The position numbers and the translations under genes were made by a program. A stretch of DNA of 41,011 bases from the IMG/VR virus record IMGVR_UViG_3300017651_000184, positions 1 through 41,011 of that record; one strand, 5' to 3'. The stretch comes from a virus. Its lineage: Duplodnaviria; Caudoviricetes. Below the pieces are notes generated by a model that saw only the letters and a list, made by a program, of their open reading frames with translations, was not told the DNA's origin and ran no database searches. Every line of letters begins with the position of its first letter. Positions within the stretch are counted from its first letter, which is position 1. This document shows positions 8,182 to 16,800 of this stretch, piece after piece.

Positions 8182-10137
8182 ATGCGAAACGCACGCTGTT
8201 GGCCCCTTGCTAGTCGCCTCATCGTAGCGAGTGTCATCCTACTCACTTCAGGATGCGACCTGTTAGGTCTAGATGATAGTGGGAACCGCCGCTCACGTGG
8301 CATCACCCTATCCAAGAGTAATGCAGTTCCCGGTGAAGTTGTGATGGTACGAAACCTCTCGGCGGAAGCTGGCGGCACGGCGGTGGAGGTTGGGGCGACA
8401 ACTGTGGAACTTCTCGGGAGTGCGGATATTGGCCGGGCTGGCTTCGTTGTTCCCGAGCTGGCTCCAGCTGAATACAACGTGCGCGTTAGAACAGAGGCGG
8501 GTAAAACGCTGAATGCGGGTCGTCTCCAGGTTCGGCCTCCGACGCTTCTAGGGGGAAAGCCGGAGGTTGCGGTCGACTCGATGGAGGTATTGAGCACTCG
8601 GCTCCGGAGTAGCGTTGATCGACTCTTGAAGTCTGCATCTCTCGAAGCGGTCCCACAGTTCGAGAAGGCGAATACTCTCCCCCCTCTGGCAGGAGAAATG
8701 CTCGCGTCTCTTGAGCGAGGGCTCCAGCGTCTCACACCGGAAGAGCAGCGTCGGTTGGCACTAATGATCTCAGCAAACCCAGAGATCCTAAATGTACTTG
8801 AGATGGTCGGAAGGATCACCAGTGTGGAGCCGCCGGTGTTGCAAGCGGCATCGCATGCGGCGCCCGCGCCAACCTTGGTGCTTCGAGATACGAGTAGCTC
8901 CTTATCATTGGGAGTTGACCGAATTTGGCCTGAGCCTATACCTGCCGTACCGCCAGGGGCAAAGCTGGCGACCAAGACCTTCCCCCCCATCGGGGCTCCG
9001 ACTCTCGCGCAATCGATGACTGGTCAGGCAATCTCAGCAACGGTCGCCGCGCAAGCCTGCCGTTCTATGAAAGAGGGTTTAGAAGCGCTTGAGGAGGTCG
9101 CTATGTTCGTAAACATCGCATCTATCGCGGCGACAGCTGCTGCAGTTGGGACGGTAGGGGGCGCGACGCCCGGTGCCGTTGTGATTGCATACATGGCAGT
9201 AGCCACAAATCTGACTTTGATTTACCTGAATACACGGCCATTCCTTCTGGACAACAGCTCGCTCGAAATTCGAGTTTCCCCGGTGCGAGTTAAGGCTGGT
9301 TCGTCAAATGGAGTCATGACAGCTCGTGTAAGGCGAGTGAGTCCAGTGAGCGGTTTAGGCGCCGTTGCAGGAGTGACTCTGGCGATGCCTGGTGTGAATG
9401 GCGCCCTGTCAAATAGTGCCGGAGCCGCCATCCAGATGTTCTCGACCGCAAGTCGGGATTTGCTAGATTGGCTAGCGCACCCTGGCGTGCGAAGCGCGTT
9501 GGCCGATTTGGGGGCTGGTTCAGCCTCCAGCCGACTTGTCAGTGAAATTGCGAAGGTGGATGAAGCGCTTCAGTTGTCAACGCCCTTCGCGGAAGAGACC
9601 CCGCTCACTTTCCAAGGGATCGAGATCCAACCGCAACCGGAGTGGTCGGTTGGCGGTCCATCCAACACGCTAAGCCGCCGAATAATTGTTGTCGACATGC
9701 CAACGGATACAACGATCGAATTGAGTGCCAGGATCCGGTCGCCAGATTCGGACTGCAGCGCCGCCATCTCACGACATAGCTTAGCTCAGGGAATCAACGG
9801 ATTCCGAATCGACGGTTCGTTCCCGCCGGTCATCATGGCACTCGTATTTCCAACGGTTATCATCAATGTGCCCGGCGTAACGACGACTGGCAGAGTGGAG
9901 TTCGTGGATCGTGAAGGTGATGTGATGCAGCTCGAGGCTACGGTCGCCGGCGTGAATACGGTTGTCTATGACTTGTCCGTCGACGGTGTGAAAAGCGGGT
10001 CGGTTCCCATAAGTGTGGTGTGCCCCGCTGGCGATCACACTCACTGCAGGCCTGGACCGTATCTCTTGCGTGCAGTGCTCATCGACAGGCACGGCAATCG
10101 GAGTAAGCCTGCCGAGCAATTCTTCTTTGCGGAGTAA
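8182..10137 (+). CDS. large lipoprotein with Ig/IPT-like domains and a central hydrophobic helical hairpin
   Basis: GGAG RBS before ATG 8182; lipobox LLTSG-C; IPT-like segment (AVPGEVVMV...FVVPELAPAEYNVRV); visibly lower GC. Confidence 0.65.
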   Translation: MRNARCWPLASRLIVASVILLTSGCDLLGLDDSGNRRSRGITLSKSNAVPGEVVMVRNLSAEAGGTAVEVGATTVELLGSADIGRAGFVVPELAPAEYNVRVRTEAGKTLNAGRLQVRPPTLLGGKPEVAVDSMEVLSTRLRSSVDRLLKSASLEAVPQFEKANTLPPLAGEMLASLERGLQRLTPEEQRRLALMISANPEILNVLEMVGRITSVEPPVLQAASHAAPAPTLVLRDTSSSLSLGVDRIWPEPIPAVPPGAKLATKTFPPIGAPTLAQSMTGQAISATVAAQACRSMKEGLEALEEVAMFVNIASIAATAAAVGTVGGATPGAVVIAYMAVATNLTLIYLNTRPFLLDNSSLEIRVSPVRVKAGSSNGVMTARVRRVSPVSGLGAVAGVTLAMPGVNGALSNSAGAAIQMFSTASRDLLDWLAHPGVRSALADLGAGSASSRLVSEIAKVDEALQLSTPFAEETPLTFQGIEIQPQPEWSVGGPSNTLSRRIIVVDMPTDTTIELSARIRSPDSDCSAAISRHSLAQGINGFRIDGSFPPVIMALVFPTVIINVPGVTTTGRVEFVDREGDVMQLEATVAGVNTVVYDLSVDGVKSGSVPISVVCPAGDHTHCRPGPYLLRAVLIDRHGNRSKPAEQFFFAE

Positions 10138-10344
10138 TGGGTGGAGTCCGCTGGGTGGAGGCAGGGGGCCAAGGCCATGGCGGCGTCCCCCTCACAAGGG
10201 GTCGAGAATTCGGCCGTGCCGCCGGCACGCCCAGGAGAGCCTGAACACCAACGGGCGGCCCCTCCCTGGAGCCGCCCGCGCTGTATCCGCATCCCGCCTC
10301 ATCGTACCCCACCTCTCCGCCTCACCGCCCTGGGAGGGGCCAGT

Positions 10345-10362
10345 TTATGCTCCAGAGCATAA
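10345..10362. promoter_or_regulatory. 18-bp palindromic site TTATGCTCCAGAGCATAA
   Basis: Perfect 8-bp arms; identical to 35419-35436; immediately after the last phage gene. Confidence 0.6.
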
Positions 10363-10365
10363 TCC

Positions 10366-10758
10366 TCAGGCCGGATCCCTCCACGCCCGCCACCCGAACA
10401 GCCGCACCGCCAGGTAGGCGAGTCCCCGCCGCCACCGGGGTACCCCCTCCGCAGCCATCACCACCCGAAACAGCCGGTCCGCCTCGGCCCGCGTCCACGT
10501 GCGGGCCGGCAGCGCCACGCCGGGCTCCGGGCACCCGCCGCAGCGGTACAGGAAGTCGTGCGCGAGTGGCGCGGCCAGCGACAGCTCCACGGGCCCGATC
10601 AGCCACCAGCACACCCGGGGAATGCTCGCCGCGTCGAACTCGAAGCCCCGGGGGATCCGGAGCCGGAATCGCCCGTCGCGGACCACGTAGCCCCGCTCCA
10701 GGCGCCAGGGCCCGGAGGGCCCGCGGTACGTCACCACGGGAGACGGCGCCGGGCTCAC
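10366..10758 (-). CDS. DUF1353 domain protein
   Basis: IPRGFEFDAASIPR...AHDFLY...RAEADRLF...AVRLFG signature; GTG overlaps the upstream stop. Confidence 0.8.
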   Translation of the reverse strand: MSPAPSPVVTYRGPSGPWRLERGYVVRDGRFRLRIPRGFEFDAASIPRVCWWLIGPVELSLAAPLAHDFLYRCGGCPEPGVALPARTWTRAEADRLFRVVMAAEGVPRWRRGLAYLAVRLFGWRAWRDPA

Positions 10759-11162
10759 GAGGGGTCCCTCCGCCGCGACCGGGGCACCGGCACCACCGTG
10801 CCGGCCCCCTGCGCCCGCACCCATTCGCAGACGGCCTCCAGCGTCGCGGTCTGAACCGCCTGCTCGCGCTGGATCTGCTCCATGGCCTGCGTCATCGCCC
10901 GGAGCGGCGGGATCACGTGGTCGGTGATGCGCTCGGCCTGGGCAAGCTGCGCGGCGCGGAGCGTCTCCACCTCGGCGCGGGCGGCGTCGGCGGTCTCGCG
11001 CGCCTGGATGTAGAGCGTCTCCAGGGCGGAGAGCTTCGCGCCCACGCCGTCGACGTCGCGGCGGGAGGCGAAGCTGCGCTGGAGCCGAAGCTCGAGCGCG
11101 GCGATCAGCACTGCGCCGGCGAGGGCGACGGCGCTCCAGGGTACCTGCTGCCACCAGGTCAT
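10755..11162 (-). CDS. N-terminal TM + coiled-coil protein (holin-like, lysis position)
   Basis: One TM helix (WSAVALAGAVLIAAL) then an amphipathic coiled coil; end of the tail operon. Confidence 0.5.
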   Translation of the reverse strand: MTWWQQVPWSAVALAGAVLIAALELRLQRSFASRRDVDGVGAKLSALETLYIQARETADAARAEVETLRAAQLAQAERITDHVIPPLRAMTQAMEQIQREQAVQTATLEAVCEWVRAQGAGTVVPVPRSRRRDPS

Positions 11163-11169
11163 TCGTGCG

Positions 11170-11742
11170 CTACGGGGTAGGGGGCTCGCCGGGCCGCTCG
11201 CCGGCCCAGGCGTGGGGGAGGTGGGTGTCGGAGACAACGACGTCGCCCGGGAGGACGTCGATCATCGGCACCCGCAGCACCATCGCCTCGCCGACGGCGG
11301 CGCGGAGCTGGGCCTGGGCGAGCACCAGTGCCGCGGCCACGGGGTATTCAGGGGCGCTGCTTCGGAGCCCGGTAGCGGGGCAGTAAGGCGGCAGCAGTGC
11401 GTCGACGGTCTCGCAGCACGCGCCGCGGAGGTCGCCTCCTTGTGCGCAGCGAAGTACGTCGGCGGCGTAGACTCTGGGCTTGACGCTGGCTGGGAGCAGC
11501 CGGTACCTGGCGGCGGCCGTCGCGACCGATCCGTCCGCCGGGGTGACCAGCTCGCCCACGCCGGTCGGGTCCAGGGCGCCGACGTCGACGAGGACCTCGC
11601 CGCCGGGCAGTACCGCCGCCACCCGGACGCCGCGCTGCAGGAGGTCCGCCGGCGTGGACGGCCGCTCCGGATCGTCCCCGATCTCGGGCTCCACCGCCCA
11701 TGCCGCCCACGCCGCTGCGCTGAACAGCTCGAAGTGCGGCAT
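11170..11742 (-). CDS. hypothetical phage protein
   Basis: TGATG-coupled ORF (MPHFELFSAAAW...). Confidence 0.55.
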   Translation of the reverse strand: MPHFELFSAAAWAAWAVEPEIGDDPERPSTPADLLQRGVRVAAVLPGGEVLVDVGALDPTGVGELVTPADGSVATAAARYRLLPASVKPRVYAADVLRCAQGGDLRGACCETVDALLPPYCPATGLRSSAPEYPVAAALVLAQAQLRAAVGEAMVLRVPMIDVLPGDVVVSDTHLPHAWAGERPGEPPTP

Positions 11743-13022
11743 CAGACCTCCCCGTGCAGGCGGCCGTCCGGGCGGAGCCGGTCCGCCGTGTAGGCCAACT
11801 CCTCGAAGATGCTGGCGCCGTTGGTGGGAGACGACGAGAGGTCGCCAAGTCGGACGGCCACCATGCGCAGCAGCCCCATCGAGCAGGGCGAGGATCCCGT
11901 CGCGGATCCGAAATGCAGCTCGGGGGCGCTCCACGCCGGGGCGACGCCGCCGGCCGGCGCCGCGGTGCTACCCTGAACGAGAGTCCCCCCACCGACCCGC
12001 ACGGCGCTGCGGCGTGCGCCCGTGTCGTACAGGACTCCGGCATACTGCACGCGGTCGCCCGGCTGAATCGTGACGCCGACCGAGTGCGAGTTCCCCACCC
12101 CCGCGGCATCGTTGTACGTGGTCGTGAGGAACAAGCCGTTGTGCTGGTAGACGTACAGCCGCCCCGGGGCGGTCGACGGCGATGTCGCACCGAACTGCAT
12201 GACGACCGAGGAGCCAAGGCCCGCCCCGTTCGGCTGGCGCGCGACGTAGTCGAGATACCACGCAAGCGGTTGCTTGCGCGCGAGCCCGGTGAAGCTGAGC
12301 GTGTCCGCGAGGCGCGCCCCCGTGGTCCGGATCCGGGAGGACTCGGCGGGCGCGGCCTCGACCTGGAGCGTCGTGAGGCGTAGGCCACCCGGGAGCTGGT
12401 CCGGATACCGAACGAAACCGGCCTCCTGGCGCGCGACGGAGCTGGCCGTCGTGACCGTGGCGCTGAAGCGGTACACGTTGGTCCCGCGGAGCCGCCGGAT
12501 CCGGACCGCTCCCGCCAGCACCTCGCCGCAGAAGAACGTGAAGTGGCTCGCGGCCTGCCCGGCCGACGCGCTCCGGACCACCGGGACTGACCCGTCGTCC
12601 AGCTCGGCGTCCACCGAGATCGTGTAGGTGGTGGAGCCGGCGAGGGGCACGACCTGATAGGCGTACTCCGTCGACGCCGAACGGGGGAGTCGAATCCCTC
12701 CCGACAGGCCCCCGGAGGTCCAACCCCCATCCGTCACACCCCCGGAGCGGAAGGTATACGAGGCGGCGCCGCCCTCCGGCGCGGGGACGAGGTTAGTCGC
12801 CGCACGCTCCACCACCGCGGCCTGCCGCAGCTCGCCGTCGACGTCCACCCACTCGAATCGGGGGGTCCTGGCGGGGACGGTCCGGACCACGCCCAGCATG
12901 TCGACGGCGGTCCCGATGGTGGAGCGTGCGAACGCGACGTCCCGGAGGCCCACCACGGGGCGGATCCCCTCCCCGAGGGCGGGCGATACCGCGGCCAGGA
13001 TGGAGCTGGAGGTGATCGCCAC
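11742..13022 (-). CDS. virion fibre/spike protein with carbohydrate-binding-like beta domains
   Basis: FARSTIGT...PRFEW...VERAATNLV and QVEAAPAESSRIRT...RLAD motifs typical of phage fibre/head-spike proteins; LamG-like C-terminus. Confidence 0.65.
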   Translation of the reverse strand: MAITSSSILAAVSPALGEGIRPVVGLRDVAFARSTIGTAVDMLGVVRTVPARTPRFEWVDVDGELRQAAVVERAATNLVPAPEGGAASYTFRSGGVTDGGWTSGGLSGGIRLPRSASTEYAYQVVPLAGSTTYTISVDAELDDGSVPVVRSASAGQAASHFTFFCGEVLAGAVRIRRLRGTNVYRFSATVTTASSVARQEAGFVRYPDQLPGGLRLTTLQVEAAPAESSRIRTTGARLADTLSFTGLARKQPLAWYLDYVARQPNGAGLGSSVVMQFGATSPSTAPGRLYVYQHNGLFLTTTYNDAAGVGNSHSVGVTIQPGDRVQYAGVLYDTGARRSAVRVGGGTLVQGSTAAPAGGVAPAWSAPELHFGSATGSSPCSMGLLRMVAVRLGDLSSSPTNGASIFEELAYTADRLRPDGRLHGEV

Positions 13023-13025
13023 GGC

Positions 13026-13430
13026 CTACCCCTCCGCCTGGGCCTGCGGGTATCCCACCAGGACGGCCGGCTCCGGGTCAATCCCCAGCACCGCCAACAC
13101 CTCGGGGCGGTCCTGGTACACCTCCCGGAGCTGCGCCTGGTGGAGCGCGCGAAACGGTGCCACCTCCCGCTCTCGGGCCCCGTCGTGATGCGCAGCCCAC
13201 GCGGCAAGTCCCGCATCCCGCGCGGCGGCGGCCGTCAGTGCGTCATCGTCCGCGAGCGCCAGCGTCCAGGCGTCCGCCATCGGGAGGGCGTAGACCTCCA
13301 CGACCCCCGGGGGGGCGGCGAGCATCGCCTCGCGGAGGGCCATCTCAGCTTCGTACTCAGCCACGTTCGCGCGGGCGATGAGTTCCTGTGGCGACTCCGC
13401 CGGTGCGGGCGGGATCTCAGTCGGGATCAT
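13026..13430 (-). CDS. hypothetical phage protein
   Basis: Acidic helical ORF in the tail operon. Confidence 0.55.
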   Translation of the reverse strand: MIPTEIPPAPAESPQELIARANVAEYEAEMALREAMLAAPPGVVEVYALPMADAWTLALADDDALTAAAARDAGLAAWAAHHDGAREREVAPFRALHQAQLREVYQDRPEVLAVLGIDPEPAVLVGYPQAQAEG

Positions 13431-13830
13431 GCATCTGCTCCTGCAGGGCGTAGGCGGCGGCCGTCTCCGCTGCGATCAGCGCGGCGACCATCGGTGCGGG
13501 GGCGCCGAGGTACTGAGCTGCGGCGGATCGCAGCAGGATCCCGGCGCGGTCCAGGTCCCCGAGGCACCCGCCGCACAGGTAGTCGTGCGGCGCCTCGGGA
13601 ATCATCGACACGTCCACCAGCTCCATAGCCAGGCGCTCCCGGCAGCAGCGGGCGCAGTAGATGGGCTCAGGCTCCGGGTTCCACGGCTCCGCGAGCGGGC
13701 CTTCATCGTTGCCTGCCAGGGCCACGAAGGTGGCCGGCGCTACCATCGGGCCGAGGTCATCCGCCCACGCTTCCATGTCCAGGAGCGCATCGGCCATCGT
13801 GCGCGGGCGCCAGGGGGTAGATTCGCTCAT
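13417..13830 (-). CDS. hypothetical phage protein with two CxxC motifs
   Basis: CARC and CGGC; ATGA overlap with the tail-tip gene. Confidence 0.55.
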   Translation of the reverse strand: MSESTPWRPRTMADALLDMEAWADDLGPMVAPATFVALAGNDEGPLAEPWNPEPEPIYCARCCRERLAMELVDVSMIPEAPHDYLCGGCLGDLDRAGILLRSAAAQYLGAPAPMVAALIAAETAAAYALQEQMHDPD

Positions 13831-16800
13831 GTACCAGTTTTCGCCTCAAAAGGGACAGGGTTCAGCCCCATCGAGCGCCAGATAGGCGCGGCGGTCGTCC
13901 CCCACTTGACCGCGTTGCGGATAAGCGAGCCGCCGTTTCCGGTTGTCTCGACTACGACCACCCGGAACGACGAGCCGGGGCCCACGCCGTCGAGCAGTAT
14001 CTCGATCTTGTCGCTGAACTGCAGGCCCCCCGAGGGGTTGTAGTTGACGTACGTGCGCGTCGCGCGAAGCGCTTCGCCAAAACCGTTGTTGACGAAGACG
14101 TTGAGCCGGAGGGTCGACGGTGTGTAGTCGCCGCCTAGTCCTCCCACGGGGCGTGCGAATTGGAGGGTCCCGCTCACCTCCACGGTGTACCGATCATCCC
14201 ACGCCTCTTCCGCGGTGCTCTTCACCGCGTACTCGCCGCTGAAGGTGGCCGTCTGCGTGGCGACGCTATCCACGGCGGTGCGGAGCCGCAGGCGCGCCGT
14301 GAAACCGTTCGTGTCCTGGTTGATGGCCTCGCACACCTGGCCGTATGCGTTGCCATCGAGGTCCGGGTGGTGGGACAGGCCCCCCGCCAGGAACGCGATC
14401 AGGTAGGTCCCCGGGAACGCCGGCTCGAACGTTACGCCCTGGCCGTCCACCACCATCCCAGCCCGGAGGCCGCGAGAGATCGTCAACGCTTCGATGGTGG
14501 ACTGCGTCGCGATCTGGAACTCGCCCGCGAAGGTCGTGTCGGCCAACTTCCCCCCGCGACTCACCTTGTCGAACGTACCGCCACCCGGCACCGCTGCGCC
14601 GCCGTCGATCCCGGTCCGCAGGAACTTGTTGGAGGGGTTGATCGCGTCGAGCGCCAGGTTGGCCCCGTCGCGCGCAGCCGGGCCCCCGGCGAGGCTGGTG
14701 AGCGGGTCGCCGGTCCGCATCAGATAGCGGTTCGGATCTCCGCTTACCTGCTGGTCCGCTAACACGTAGCCGTCCGGCCCGGCGAGCTTCAGCTCGGGGC
14801 GCATCTGGCCGATGGGGATGGGGAGCTTGACCCGGAAGTCGGGTCCGAGGCCGTTGTCGCCCCGCAGCCCGCCGCGCTCGATCTGCTCGAACGAGTAGCC
14901 GGTCGGACCGTGCAGCGCCGGCATGATCTGCCGTATCGTCGGGTTTAGGAGGTCCGCAGTCCCCGTGGCGTCGCGGACGACCGACGAGGTCTGCGGGCTG
15001 TACGGCGAGCCCGCCGCGGCGCCGGAGTAGAGATCCACCTCGGCCGCGGGCTTGCCCTTCGAACCGCCCGTCCCGAGCAGGCCGTCCAGGATGGGCGGCA
15101 TGGCGTCGGTGACGATGTCCGACGAGAAGGCCCCCACGCGCACCTGGGCGTAGACCCTGCGCTCGTACGCCTTGTGCCCGGTGACGACGACGGTCGCCGG
15201 CAGGGGCGAGGCCGTCCAGGTGTCCGGCGGGGCCTGCTCCGGCTCGATGCTCAGCCGGGACCACGTCCGCCACTCCATCGTCCCCACCGCGTCGCCGGGA
15301 TCTCCCTCCAACCAGAAGTGCCCGGCCGACCCCGGCGTGCTCGCGAGGTACAGGTTGGCGACCGGCCGCCGCGGCACGGGAAGGGTGGGGTCCCGGGGCA
15401 TGACGTCGACGGCGTCCACCGCCCGGAGTTTGCCCGCGATCTCTGCGACGACCTGGAACCGCGCCGGGGGGCTCCCGGCGGTGGGGCGCTGGATCGTCCA
15501 GGTGACAGACGGGGTTGTCGCCGGGTTCGCAGTCGGCATCATCGACTGCGAACCGACCGGGTTGAGCGCGCCCAAGCCGGGCGCGCTCGGCGTTACGAGT
15601 ACCGGCCCGAAGGGGTACGGATCAGTCACGAACACCTGCGCGACGTACTGAGTCGCCGTGGCCGTGACGTCGATGTGGATGCCGAGCGGGACCGTGTCGC
15701 GGCCCTGCTCTGGGATCTCTGCGAAGACGGGGTCCGAGACCCATCCGCTCTTTTCGATGACGAACTCCGCCTGCCCCGAACCCCCAAGCGCACCGCCACG
15801 GCTGAACTTCCAGGTCGCGGGGCTCCCCGAGGCGACCCCCTGGGCCGGGCCCTCGATCCGCGCGCCGCTCCCCCGCACCGCCACCAGGCGCACGGTGGCG
15901 TCCGAGGGCTCGGCGGTGACCTGGACGGCCACCACCGTCGCGGTCGTGTCCCCGGCGACGATCCTCGCCGTGCCGCGCGTGAGCTTCGGGATCTCCGGAT
16001 CCTGCGCCGGAACGTCGACGGCGTCGCTGTCCTTGACGCGGCCGTTTGCGCGGGCGGTGAACGTGACCCGCCCGGGAGGTGAGCCGAAGGCCGGGCGTTC
16101 GATGGAGAACGCGACGGCGCTGGTGGTGTCGAGATCGGCAGTCGGCCAGAGCTTCCGCTCCAGCGCTGGACCGATCGGTCCCACGGCCACGCCGGCCGCC
16201 GCGACGGTCACGGAGTCGGGGCCCTGGGGGTACGGGTCCGCCACGTAGACGAGCACGTTGACGTGCGTGGCCGTGGTAGAGGACACGCGGGCGAGCGTCG
16301 ACAGGTACACGGTGTCCCGCCCCTCCTCCGGGATCTCCACCATGTCGACGTCGGGGGTGGCGCCGGTGAGGGTCGCGCGAAACTCCACCTCGCCCGGCCC
16401 CCCGAGCGCTGCGCCGCGCCGGAACCGCCAGGTGCGCCCGCTGGGCACGGCGACGCCCTCCGCATCCCCAGCGATCCGCGAGGCGCTCCCCCGCACCTCC
16501 ACCAGCGCCACCGTCGCCCCGGGGGGCGACGCGGTGACCTCGACCTCGATCTCCGTCGCGCTGGTGGAAATCACCCGCGCCACACACGTCGCGAAGACCA
16601 GCGGCGCCGGGTCCTGCGCCGGCACGTCGATGGCGTCGACCCCGTCCACCCGGCCCGGTGTAGTCGCGACGAATGACACGCGCCGGATACCGCTTCCGGC
16701 CGGGCCACGAGTGATGGTGAAGTCGGCGGTGCCGGCCTGCGCCCGCGACGCGCCGGGCGTGAGGGTCCGCGAGGCAGGCCCCACGTTGGCGCCGTACGGG

